This document shows, piece by piece, positions 42,808-52,079 of a stretch of DNA of 64,000 nt (within the stretch, counting starts at the first letter, position 1; the number at the start of each line of letters is the position of its first letter). Location: NCBI GenBank assembly GCA_900549225.1, contig URNP01000003.1, positions 17,264 through 81,263 on the forward strand. Direction: 5' to 3'. The position numbers were made by a program, and so were the translations under genes. The notes below the pieces were generated by a model. The model was not told the DNA's origin, made no database searches, and saw nothing but the letters and a program-made list of their open reading frames with translations. The DNA comes from an uncultured Eubacteriales bacterium. GTDB taxonomy: Bacteria > Bacillota > Clostridia > Christensenellales > CAG-917.

Positions 42808-45156
42808 TTATTCAGCGGGTTCTTCAACTTTTTTCTTGCGAGTGGTCTTCTTTGCAGGAACAGGTTCTGCTTCTTCGTCTGCAAGGTTGAGGTTGAGGTT
42901 CTTGAACAAATCGCCGAGAGTTGCGGAAGAACTTCCGGAAACCCATTCTTTGGGTTCGTTTGAAGTTTCTTTCTTCGCACCGCGACGTTCGCGTTTGTTT
43001 TCGCCGTCAGCGACCTTTTGCTCGAACTTCTTGACTCTTGAAGATCTCTTTGCCGCTTTCTCTTCGTCGGTTGCATCAACTTGACCCTCTGCTTGTGCAG
43101 TTTCTTCGGGTGCGGGGAGCAATTCCTTGATGGAGAGAGTGATGCGGTTGTCGTCGAATCCGATGATCTTTGCTTCAACTTCTTGACCGACCGTCAACGC
43201 TTCGTTTGCGTCTTTGATCCAGTTGTGAGAGATTTGAGAAACGTGGACGAGTCCGTCAACGCCGTCGTCGATTGAAACGAATGCGCCATAGGGGAAGATT
43301 CTTTCAACTTTGCCCTTGATGACCGTACCGACGGGGAACTTCTCTGCCGCAACTTCGTAAGGTTTCTTTTGGAGTTGCTTGTAGCCTAGAGAGATCTTGC
43401 CCGTTTCTCTGTCCATCTTGAGGACTACGAAGTCGTAACTCTCGCCGATGGTGAGAACCGTGGACGGATCGGTGATCTTGTTCCAGGAAAGTTCGGAGAT
43501 GTGTGCGAGGCAATCGAAGCCGCGAACGTTTACGAACGCGCCGAATTGCGTGAATCTCTTAACTTTGCCGGTGACGATGTCGTGCACGTGAATATTGTTC
43601 CAGAAAAGATCTTCTTTCTCTTTCTTCTCTCTTTCGAGGATGATGCGTTGAGACGCGAAGAGGTATCTGGATTTCTTTTGGGGTTTGTCCTCTGCTTGAG
43701 CGGTTTCTTCGCCCTCTGCTTCGGTGTTTTCTTTTTCCTTCGGAGGCATAAGCGTCAAGCGGAGCGTTTTGCCCTTGTAGTCTTCGAGGTTGCTGACGTA
43801 GCCCATTCTGATTTGGCTTGCCGGCACGAAGATGGTGTATTGACCGAGTCTTCCTCTCAAACCGCCCTTGACAACTTCAGTCATGGTCAAAGAGAATTCG
43901 CCTTGAGCAAGAGCCTTTTCTGCTTCTTCCTCTTCAAGACGCACTGCGTCGACGTCCTTCTTGGACAAAGACACGTACTCTTTGTTGACAGCAAGAATAG
44001 TTGCTTGAATTTCGTCGCCTTCTTTGAAGTCGGCAGGATTGTAGTTGCCGTCCAAAGATGCTTCACTCTTATCAATGAAACCGTCTTTCTTTCCGCCGAT
44101 TGCGACGTAAATGCCGCTATCGCCTGCGCTGATGACTTTTCCTCTGATGCGTTTGCCGACTTTGTAATTGGTGTAGCCGACGGATGTTGCAGATTTCAAA
44201 AGGTCTGCCATCGTGGTGGGTTCTTTTTCTTCGGCGACTTGTTGCTCTTGAAGTGTTGCCTCGTTTTTCACTTCAGTTTCTACTGTTTCCACAGCGTTCT
44301 TTTGAGTTTCACTCATAAGTCTTGTTACCTCCTGTATCAACCACGGCGGAGTCGACGCTCCTGCGACAATCGATACACTTTGAATATCCTTGATAAATTT
44401 TGTTTGATTCAGAGCGTCGTTTGCGTTTTCGACGAAAAACGTACTCGGATTGACCTCTTTTGCCACCTCGTACAAACGTCTCGTGTTTGCACTGGTGTGA
44501 CTTCCGAGAACCAAAACCGCGTCGGTTTTTGCAGCGAGTGCGCGCGCTTCGTCCTGTTTCACTTTTGTAGTATAACAAATAGTGTTAAAAATGCCAACTA
44601 ATTTATTGTAGTTTTTTGCAAAAATCTTTGCATTTTCTTCAATTTTTTCATATTTTTCGGGCAATATCGTGGTTTGGAAGAGAATCGAGGTCGGTTTGTC
44701 GCCGATCGGCAGGATTTCATCGTCCGAAACGACTTTGCAATTTTCGCCTGCGTAAGAGGCTACGCCGACGACTTCGTCGTGATTTTTGTCTCCAACGATA
44801 ATCACGTCGTCGCCGAGTTGCGCCCTTTCGTTCGCTATCTTCTGATTGCGCTTGACGACGGGACAAGTCGCATCGAAAAGCACTACGCCCCTACGCTTCA
44901 ATCTCTCTTCGAGCTCTTTGGTTATGCCGTGGGCGCGTATGAGGGCAACGTCGCCCTCTTTGAGATTGTCCGCATCCGCTATATCGATGCAAATCGCGCC
45001 TTTTTCTAAAAGGAAAGCCGTGACGAGTTCGTTGTGTACGACCTCGCCCAAAGTATAGATTTTTCCGTACTTTTCGGCAAGCGCGACGGCTTGGTCAACC
45101 GCACTTTTAACGCCCTTGCAAAAGCCTGCGTTTTTTGCGAGAATAACTTTCAACAT
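42808..45156 (-). CDS. ispH: bifunctional 4-hydroxy-3-methylbut-2-enyl diphosphate reductase (IspH) / ribosomal protein S1 fusion
   Basis: 782 aa. The N-terminal part of about 280 aa is LytB-like (NAGFCKGV, ATCPVV, ICYTT). It is followed by four S1 repeats and a K/E-rich tail. The start could be the TTG 3 nt downstream. Confidence 0.9.
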   Translation of the reverse strand: MLKVILAKNAGFCKGVKSAVDQAVALAEKYGKIYTLGEVVHNELVTAFLLEKGAICIDIADADNLKEGDVALIRAHGITKELEERLKRRGVVLFDATCPVVKRNQKIANERAQLGDDVIIVGDKNHDEVVGVASYAGENCKVVSDDEILPIGDKPTSILFQTTILPEKYEKIEENAKIFAKNYNKLVGIFNTICYTTKVKQDEARALAAKTDAVLVLGSHTSANTRRLYEVAKEVNPSTFFVENANDALNQTKFIKDIQSVSIVAGASTPPWLIQEVTRLMSETQKNAVETVETEVKNEATLQEQQVAEEKEPTTMADLLKSATSVGYTNYKVGKRIRGKVISAGDSGIYVAIGGKKDGFIDKSEASLDGNYNPADFKEGDEIQATILAVNKEYVSLSKKDVDAVRLEEEEAEKALAQGEFSLTMTEVVKGGLRGRLGQYTIFVPASQIRMGYVSNLEDYKGKTLRLTLMPPKEKENTEAEGEETAQAEDKPQKKSRYLFASQRIILEREKKEKEDLFWNNIHVHDIVTGKVKRFTQFGAFVNVRGFDCLAHISELSWNKITDPSTVLTIGESYDFVVLKMDRETGKISLGYKQLQKKPYEVAAEKFPVGTVIKGKVERIFPYGAFVSIDDGVDGLVHVSQISHNWIKDANEALTVGQEVEAKIIGFDDNRITLSIKELLPAPEETAQAEGQVDATDEEKAAKRSSRVKKFEQKVADGENKRERRGAKKETSNEPKEWVSGSSSATLGDLFKNLNLNLADEEAEPVPAKKTTRKKKVEEPAE

Positions 45157-45184
45157 TCACCTCGAAACGACTAAACACGATCGA

Positions 45185-46603
45185 TTATTTCTTCTTTTTG
45201 CCCTTCGTCACTTTTTCGACGTACTCGTTGCAAAGACGACGGGTTTCGTCCATTTTTTCTTTGATGACTTCGGTTGCGGCGTGATTTTCGTCAATTGTGC
45301 GCGCACCGTAGAATTGCTCGAGCGTAAACGGCTCGCCGACGTAAAGCCAGTTCTTTCTGAACGCCTTGGGGCTTTGATAATAAATCATCGGCACGATGGG
45401 CACCTTGGATTTGATCGCAAAACGAGCGGTACCCGTCTTGAATTCCGCCATATGTTGCGTACCCTCTTTATTTCTCGTTCCCTCGGGGAAAATGAGCAAT
45501 TGTTTGCCGTCTTTGAGCACTCTCAAAACCTGCTTGACCGATTCGATATCGGCTTCGCCTCTGCGTACGGGAATCGCACCCATTTTGTGAAGAAACCAAC
45601 CCGCAACGGGATTGGTGAACAGTTCGTACTTTGCAAGTGCGTGCGCCTCTTTTTTAAAGAGAACGAAGTACGGAATCATCGAGTCCATCTTTGAATAGTG
45701 GTTGCAAGTGAAAAGTGCGCCCTTGACCTTTTTTGCATTCTCCGCGCCGATGACTTTTGTCGGCCACACGAGCATTTGCACGGGGCGAAGAATCACTCTC
45801 AAAAATCTGTAGAAAGCAAAACTCTTTTCGGGATTATAATACGTCTTGATTCTTGCAAGCGTTTTCTTGTCCATCTCGCTTGACGGAATTATGGTTGACG
45901 GCTGTTTTTCGGCATTCTGTTCGGCTAAATTCTCTTTTTTCGTTTTGATATGAACCACCTCTTTGACGTGTGAGACGACGTCCTCGACGCTCATTTGCGT
46001 GGTGTCCACGAAGTCTGCGTCTTCCGCTTGTTTGAGCGGCGCAACCTCGCGGTGCGAGTCGTTGTAATCACGCTGAATTATATCTTTCAAAAGCGTGTCG
46101 TAATCGACGGTTTCGCCTTTTTCCTGCAAATCTTTAAGGCGTCTTTTCGCTCTTTCTTCGGCAGAAGCGGTGAGATAGAACTTGCAGTTTGCGTTCGGAA
46201 GAACGAATGTTCCGATATCTCTGCCGTCAAGCACGACATCGTTTTTGCTTGCAAAATCACGCTGTAAATCCACCATTTTGTATCTTACGCAAGGCAACGC
46301 GGATATATCGCTTGCGGCTTTTGACATATAGTGTTCGCGAAGATGCGGCGTGGCGTCGATTCCGTTGACGAAAATGTGTTGCACGCCGTTATCGTCGTAT
46401 TTGACGTCCATTTTCAAATCTTTGAGCATCTCGGACACCTTCTCTTCGTCCTTGACGTCGATACCGTTTTGGATTGCCAAATAGGCAGTCGCGCGATACA
46501 TTGCGCCCGTGTCGAGATAGATGATTCCAAGATCTTTTGCCACCGCTTTTGCGATCGTGCTCTTGCCTGCGCCGGCAGGTCCGTCTATTGCGATATTAAT
46601 CAT
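45185..46603 (-). CDS. cmk: cytidylate kinase fused to 1-acyl-sn-glycerol-3-phosphate acyltransferase-like domain
   Basis: 472 aa. N-terminal Cmk (IAIDGPAGAGKST, LDTGAMYR, DGRDIGT). C-terminal LPLAT motifs CNHYSKMD (NHx4D) and FPEGTRN. Confidence 0.88.
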   Translation of the reverse strand: MINIAIDGPAGAGKSTIAKAVAKDLGIIYLDTGAMYRATAYLAIQNGIDVKDEEKVSEMLKDLKMDVKYDDNGVQHIFVNGIDATPHLREHYMSKAASDISALPCVRYKMVDLQRDFASKNDVVLDGRDIGTFVLPNANCKFYLTASAEERAKRRLKDLQEKGETVDYDTLLKDIIQRDYNDSHREVAPLKQAEDADFVDTTQMSVEDVVSHVKEVVHIKTKKENLAEQNAEKQPSTIIPSSEMDKKTLARIKTYYNPEKSFAFYRFLRVILRPVQMLVWPTKVIGAENAKKVKGALFTCNHYSKMDSMIPYFVLFKKEAHALAKYELFTNPVAGWFLHKMGAIPVRRGEADIESVKQVLRVLKDGKQLLIFPEGTRNKEGTQHMAEFKTGTARFAIKSKVPIVPMIYYQSPKAFRKNWLYVGEPFTLEQFYGARTIDENHAATEVIKEKMDETRRLCNEYVEKVTKGKKKK

Positions 46604-46716
46604 ATTCCCTCCGATTTTTCAGAGAATTGTTCTTTGGTTTATACTTTACGGACAAAGTCCGTAGATTTTCGGATAATAATTCGTTTTTCCGCCTTTTGGG
46701 CCGATTTATCGTAGAA

Positions 46717-47937
46717 TCAAGCGGATTTTTTGAGGATATCTCTTGCCGCGCACACGGCAGTCGCAAACGCAAGTTGCAGATTGAATCCGCCCGTAAGAGC
46801 GTCGATATCGATGGTTTCGCCAACGAAATACACTCCCTCAGTCGTTCTGCTCTCGCAAGTGGGTTTCAAGCACTTGAGGTCAACGCCGCCCGAGGTCACT
46901 ATCGCCTCGGTGAACGGAGCAAGCGAGGATACGTCGAATCGGAGATTCTTTACGGTTTTCACGAGTCTTGCCCTCTCCTCTTTGGTGATTTCGTTCACTT
47001 TTTTGCTCTCAGCGATATTGGCGCACTTGAGAACGTAGCAGTTCAGCCTTTCGGGCAAAAGCGCGCGAGTGACGTTTTTGATATCCTGATTTTTTCTCTC
47101 GTCGAAATCTCGCAAGATGCGTCTGTCCAGTGTGTTTTCGTCAAGAGCGGGCTTCAAATCGAGCGATAAGGCAACGCCCGTTTTTCTGTTGATATACGAC
47201 GACACCGTGAGCGCGATAGGTCCTGACAAGCCTCTGTTTGTAAACAACATTTCGCCAAATTCGCTTGCGATTTCCTTTCCGTTTGGGTCAAGAGCGCAAA
47301 GACTGACGTTTTTGAGGGATATCCCCTGCATCGACGAAACGTTTTGCTTGACGATAATCGGCACGAGCGCTTGTCTCGGCTCGACGATTTGCATGCCGAG
47401 CGATTTTGCAAATATATATCCGTCGCCCGTAGAACCCGTGGAGGGGTAACTCACTCCGCCCGTAGCCACGACGACTTTGTCACAATCGACGCTCTCGTAG
47501 TTGGTGACAACGCAAAAGCGTTCGCCGCATTTTTTTATCTCTTTGACTTGCGTATCGAGCAAAACTTCGACTCCGAGCCTATCGATTTCGATTTGCAAGG
47601 CTTTTATCACGTCGCTCGACTTTTGAGAAAACGGGAAAACCCTGTTGCCTCTCTCTACGACGAGTTTAAGCCCCAAGTCCTCGAAAAACGACATAGTATC
47701 CTGCGGAGTAAAGCCGTACAGCGCAGAACGTAGGAATTTTTCGCCTCTGACGACGTTGCCGAACAAGTCGTCAATCTCGCAATCGTTGGTCAGATTGCAT
47801 CTTCCCTTGCCCGTTATGTACAGTTTTTTGCCGAATTTCTCGTTTTTTTCGACGAGCACGACGTCGACTCCGCCTCTTGCGAGGACGATCGAAGCCATCA
47901 TACCTGCCGCGCCTGCTCCGATAACGCACACTCTCAT
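46717..47937 (-). CDS. NAD(P)/FAD-dependent oxidoreductase (HI0933/BaiN-like flavoprotein)
   Basis: ORF 46717-48039 with start at ATG 47937 (MRVCVIGAGAAGMMA), in ATGA overlap with the surE stop. Rossmann GxGxxG motif. Confidence 0.82.
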   Translation of the reverse strand: MRVCVIGAGAAGMMASIVLARGGVDVVLVEKNEKFGKKLYITGKGRCNLTNDCEIDDLFGNVVRGEKFLRSALYGFTPQDTMSFFEDLGLKLVVERGNRVFPFSQKSSDVIKALQIEIDRLGVEVLLDTQVKEIKKCGERFCVVTNYESVDCDKVVVATGGVSYPSTGSTGDGYIFAKSLGMQIVEPRQALVPIIVKQNVSSMQGISLKNVSLCALDPNGKEIASEFGEMLFTNRGLSGPIALTVSSYINRKTGVALSLDLKPALDENTLDRRILRDFDERKNQDIKNVTRALLPERLNCYVLKCANIAESKKVNEITKEERARLVKTVKNLRFDVSSLAPFTEAIVTSGGVDLKCLKPTCESRTTEGVYFVGETIDIDALTGGFNLQLAFATAVCAARDILKKSA

Positions 47938-48695
47938 AACTCGAACTTCGCCTCTTTGAGTTTTTCGAGCGTCGCAAGATCGTTTGCGAGCATCTGAACG
48001 GGAGTTATCGTTATGTATCCGTTGTCGAGTTGATAGCAATCGCCGCCAACGATTTCGTCAACGTGCGGGATTCTGTGTCCGTCAACGGAGAAATAGGTCA
48101 AACCGTCCTCTCCAACCGTGCTAACGTACTTTTCATCGTAAGGCTGATACGCAACGGGCGCGATTTTCACGCCTTTGATATCTTCCTTTTTCACGCACGG
48201 AATATTGAGATTTATCGTGACGTTTTCGGTTGCGAAAGACAAAAGTCTTTCCAGATTGTTCGCCGTAAACTCGGCGGCAAACTCGTAGTCGGGTACGCCG
48301 TGCGTCCTGAGCGACACGGCAAGCGACGGTATACGCTGAAAAGTGCCCTCTTGCGCCGCGCCGAACGTGCCCGAAAATATAATATCGCTGCCGGCGTTCA
48401 GACAAGTGTTTATGCCCGACACGACTGCGTCGATTTTTTCGTCTTTGAAGAGGTATTTCACGCCGAACAGCACGCAATCTCCGGGAGAGCCGCTCACTGC
48501 GTAAGTTGGGATTCCGTCTATAACGCCCTTATTTTCGTAAGTTATTCCGCTAAAAAAACTCACCGAATGGCTCGAACCCGACCTTTCGGACATAGGTGCG
48601 ACGATACGCACGTCGTGATTTTTTGAAAGTGCTTTTGCGAGCGCCTTTATGCCGGGCGCAAAATAGCCGTCGTCGTTTGCAATGAGAATTTTCAT
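47934..48695 (-). CDS. surE: 5'/3'-nucleotidase SurE
   Basis: 253 aa with N-terminal MKILIANDDG motif. Confidence 0.93.
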   Translation of the reverse strand: MKILIANDDGYFAPGIKALAKALSKNHDVRIVAPMSERSGSSHSVSFFSGITYENKGVIDGIPTYAVSGSPGDCVLFGVKYLFKDEKIDAVVSGINTCLNAGSDIIFSGTFGAAQEGTFQRIPSLAVSLRTHGVPDYEFAAEFTANNLERLLSFATENVTINLNIPCVKKEDIKGVKIAPVAYQPYDEKYVSTVGEDGLTYFSVDGHRIPHVDEIVGGDCYQLDNGYITITPVQMLANDLATLEKLKEAKFEL

Positions 48696-48740
48696 AGTGA
48701 TTTTGAGATTATTACGTGTGCAAATACAGAGTATTTGATT

Positions 48741-49676
48741 TTATTTTTGAGTGGTTTGCACTTTGTCGCAGAGAGTTTGCAAGTATGCAATCTCCATTTC
48801 GTTCAACGGACGATACGCTCCTCTTGCAAGTCCGCCGAGGCGCAACTCTCCGATTGCGACGCGCTTCAAGAAAACGACTTTCTTTTCGACCGCCTCGAAC
48901 ATACGGCGGATCTCTCTGTTTTTGCCCTCGAATATGATGACTTCAAGGCGCGTAAACACTCCGCTCATATCTTCCGAGCATTCGATTGCTTCTCTTGCAA
49001 GCGTATCTTTGGGATCGATGACGGCTTTTTTGATGTCTTTGATCTTCTCTATTCCCGTCACCTTCACCTTGCTTCTGCCGTATTTGACTCCGTCGACGGT
49101 TACGCCTTTTCTGAGTGCGGCAAGATCGCTTTCTTCGATCGTGCCTTCGATTTTCACAACGTAAGTTTTGGGAATTTCGCTCGACGGATGCGTAAGTTTG
49201 TAGGTCAAATCGCCGTCGTTGGTCAAAAGAAGCAAGCCTTCACTGTCGTAATCCAGTCTGCCGACGGGATACAAACGCTTGTTTTTGTAGTCGTCACCGA
49301 TAAAATCGGTGATAATCTTGCGCGGTTTTGTGTGTTCTTTTTGCTCTTCCGCGATTCCCTTTGCGGCAAGTTTTTCTGCGCGATTCTTGATTTCTTCAAG
49401 TTCTTTTTCGCTCTTTTTTCTGCCGCTCTTGTTGTCGTTGTCCTCGTTGAGAGTGGTCACGCAATTCTTCGGCTTGTAAAACAAAAGATAATCGTAATGC
49501 GTCACTCTGACGACTTTTTTTCCGTCCACAAAGACAACGTCTTTGCTTTCATCAACGTCAGTGCCGACTTCTCTGACCACTTTTTTGTTGACGCTCACTC
49601 TGCCTTGTTTGACAAGTTCGTCCGCTTTGCGCCTCGAACATACACCGCATTCCGCAAGATATTTGTTGATTCTCAT
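48741..49676 (-). CDS. rluB: pseudouridine synthase, RsuA/RluB family
   Basis: S4 domain (MRINKYLAECGVCSRRKADELV) and catalytic PVGRLDYDSEGLLLLTNDG. There is a K/E-rich insertion between them. Confidence 0.87.
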   Translation of the reverse strand: MRINKYLAECGVCSRRKADELVKQGRVSVNKKVVREVGTDVDESKDVVFVDGKKVVRVTHYDYLLFYKPKNCVTTLNEDNDNKSGRKKSEKELEEIKNRAEKLAAKGIAEEQKEHTKPRKIITDFIGDDYKNKRLYPVGRLDYDSEGLLLLTNDGDLTYKLTHPSSEIPKTYVVKIEGTIEESDLAALRKGVTVDGVKYGRSKVKVTGIEKIKDIKKAVIDPKDTLAREAIECSEDMSGVFTRLEVIIFEGKNREIRRMFEAVEKKVVFLKRVAIGELRLGGLARGAYRPLNEMEIAYLQTLCDKVQTTQK

Positions 49677-49778
49677 AAGTCCTCTCGCGCTCGCACCGCA
49701 AGCGCCCGTAAATTAAACAAAGTATACAGAAAAAATCTAAAATAGGCAAGCGTATTGCGCAATCAAAACCTCTCACGA

Positions 49779-49806
49779 TAAAAAAAAGAAAAGGCTTTCG
49801 CCCTTT
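49779..49806 (-). terminator. rho-independent terminator candidate downstream of the dacB 3' repeat array
   Basis: Minus strand AAGGGC-GAAA-GCCTTT (one G-U pair) followed by TCTTTTTTTT. Confidence 0.55.
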
Positions 49807-49956
49807 CAATCGTTCTTGATTCTACGTTCAAATGTCCCTAGTTTTGCATTCAAACGATTCGAATTTTGCATTAAAATGTTCCTAATTTCGCATAAAATGG
49901 TCTTGCTTTCACATCCAAATGCTCTTGATTTTGCATTCAGTGCTCCTGATTTGCAT
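49806..49956. repeat. seven tandem about 22-bp repeats, consensus TCAAATGnTCnTnATTTTGCAT
   Basis: Units at 49806-27, 49828-49, 49850-71, 49872-93, 49894-914, 49915-36 and 49937-56. Confidence 0.9.
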
Positions 49957-49995
49957 AGAAACAGTAAAGACTTTTGTAAAACGTGCTTTTGTCTT

Positions 49996-51063
49996 TCAGA
50001 TTTGTTCGACTTCGAGTCTTTCGCTTCCGTCCCTTTTGATCGGATACTTTATACTCCGCCAATCCGGCGTAACGTTTTGATCGATTTGGATTTTTACGAC
50101 GTCTTTTCCGCTTGTCAACAACGCATTGTCAATTGCAATCATTTTATAGTTGTCAAAACCAAAATTCAGCATTCTAACCGTGTCGTTCCACATATCGCCG
50201 TGATTGAAAACCACCGTTATAAGTTGCATATCCCCTCTTCTTGCACCGCCGACAAGGCATCTGCCGCTCTTTTTTGTAAATCCCGTTTTCGCACCGTTTG
50301 CGCCGTAGAAAAGTTTGAGCAATTTATTCTTGTTTGCAATGTATCTTGCCTCGTCGTTCACCGTGATTTTTCTTTGTTTTGTGCTCACGATTCTCACAAA
50401 TTCATCGTTCTCATACGCTTTTGCGCAAATAAGCGCCATATCGTACGCCGTCGTATAATGATCGTCGTCGTGAAGTCCGTGCGGATTTACGAAATGCGAG
50501 TTCACCGCGCCTATATTTGCGGCTTTTTCGTTCATAATATCCGCAAATTCGGATATATCGTCGCTAATTTCAAGCGCGAGAGTGACGGCGGCGTCGTTTC
50601 CGCTTCTAAGCATCAATCCGTAAAGCAAGTCTTCAACGCTGATTTTATCCCCCTCTTTGAGATATATCGACGAGCCTTCGATTCCGACGCCTTCCTTTTT
50701 GACCGTTACGATCTTATCGAGCGGCAAACGTTCGATAGCGATAAGTGCCGTCAAAACCTTGGTCGTGCTTGCAGGATAACACTTTGTGTCTTTATGCTCT
50801 TCATACAAAACTCGCCTCGTTGATTGCTCGATACATATTGCGCCCCTTGCGCCTCTTTCAACGTTAATCGTCGTTTCGCAGTCTGCATTGACGATCGTCG
50901 ATTTTTGCTTAAAATCGTCAAAACAGTTCTCATTATTTATGTTTTTTAGAATAGTTTTTATCGGATTTATAACATTTCCTATCGAAAATGACGAAATAAT
51001 CGCAATGGTCAGACACACCACCGCAATTGCCATAACAAACGCTTTTTTGCCGAAATCGTCCAT
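49996..51063 (-). CDS. dacB: D-alanyl-D-alanine carboxypeptidase (peptidase S11), DacB-like
   Basis: ORF 49996-51126 with start at ATG 51063 (MDDFGKK...) after GAGAGGGAAG. SxxK (STTK), SGN and KTG motifs. N-terminal TM helix. The position after scpB parallels B. subtilis dacB. Confidence 0.82.
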   Translation of the reverse strand: MDDFGKKAFVMAIAVVCLTIAIISSFSIGNVINPIKTILKNINNENCFDDFKQKSTIVNADCETTINVERGARGAICIEQSTRRVLYEEHKDTKCYPASTTKVLTALIAIERLPLDKIVTVKKEGVGIEGSSIYLKEGDKISVEDLLYGLMLRSGNDAAVTLALEISDDISEFADIMNEKAANIGAVNSHFVNPHGLHDDDHYTTAYDMALICAKAYENDEFVRIVSTKQRKITVNDEARYIANKNKLLKLFYGANGAKTGFTKKSGRCLVGGARRGDMQLITVVFNHGDMWNDTVRMLNFGFDNYKMIAIDNALLTSGKDVVKIQIDQNVTPDWRSIKYPIKRDGSERLEVEQI

Positions 51064-51077
51064 ATTACTTCCCTCTC

Positions 51078-51413
51078 TCAATCCTTTTTCACAACGTTTG
51101 CAACGCTTTTGAGAAGTTCGAGCCACTTGTTTTCTTCACCGTCCACCCTTACGAATTTCTTTTGCGCTCCGCACACCAAAAATCCTATCGGGGTTACGCT
51201 CACGCCACCGCCGCTTATTCCTGCGGGCGATTTCACTTTCTTGTCGTCTTCGTAGTCCATGCCGCCTGCGACGAATCCTACGCTGATTTTGCTCACGGGC
51301 AAAACTATCGTTCCGTCACCGTTCACGATGGGTTTCCCGACGATTTCGTTGAACTCTGCGGATTTTTTCAAACTTTCTATCGTTTGCTTCAACACCTCTT
51401 CAAAACTTTGCAT
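51078..51413 (-). CDS. ytfJ: sporulation protein YtfJ (GerW family)
   Basis: 111 aa. ...GKPIVNGDGTIVLPVSKISVGFVAGG...GGGVSVTPIGFLV is typical of YtfJ. Confidence 0.85.
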   Translation of the reverse strand: MQSFEEVLKQTIESLKKSAEFNEIVGKPIVNGDGTIVLPVSKISVGFVAGGMDYEDDKKVKSPAGISGGGVSVTPIGFLVCGAQKKFVRVDGEENKWLELLKSVANVVKKD

Positions 51414-51414
51414 T

Positions 51415-51933
51415 TTACCTTCCTTTGCTTATCACAATTGCTTTCGTCGCCTGAACGGCGTTGATTTTTATATCGATTGCGCACTCTGCGTCAAATCTGT
51501 CATCGAAACAATCTTTCACGATCGTTTTTTCAAAAATCGACGACATTTGCATAATAGCACTCAAAATCGCGCCGCTCTTTGCGTCTTTAGCACCGACGTA
51601 AGCGATCAAATCGTTTGCCGACATAATTCTGTTTTGCACGATAAACGCTATCAATTTTCCTATCGCTTGAGGGCTTATGCCTTGACTTTTAACGGTTTTT
51701 CCGTTGATTTTGACAATCAAGCCGTCTGACAATTTGACGTTTATTCTCACGATAGACACTTTTGCAAGTTTAACTTGTACGTTTACGCTTGAATTTGCCA
51801 ATGAAAAATGTGCCGTTGCCGTCAGTTTTATCGGAAACAGCAAAGCAATCAACACAATTTCAACGCATACTGCAATCAGTGCAATCGTCATAGCGTTATT
51901 TTGAGCGTTAGGCGCATTTTTATGTGAAATCAC
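51415..51933 (-). CDS. DUF2953 (YtfI-like) sporulation-associated membrane protein
   Basis: N-terminal TM helix. The position immediately upstream of ytfJ matches the B. subtilis ytfI-ytfJ pair. Start is uncertain (51933 or ATG 51891). Confidence 0.5.
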   Translation of the reverse strand: MISHKNAPNAQNNAMTIALIAVCVEIVLIALLFPIKLTATAHFSLANSSVNVQVKLAKVSIVRINVKLSDGLIVKINGKTVKSQGISPQAIGKLIAFIVQNRIMSANDLIAYVGAKDAKSGAILSAIMQMSSIFEKTIVKDCFDDRFDAECAIDIKINAVQATKAIVISKGR

Positions 51934-52079
51934 AAAAAAAATAAGCCATCAAAAAGCATTCAATGACTTTTACATAAAAAAAGAACGGCGTCGACCGTCC
52001 TTTTTATGCAAATTAATAATAATTGAATATTTCGATATTCTAACTTTTCGGATTAAAACTATAATTTAACAGAATCCAA

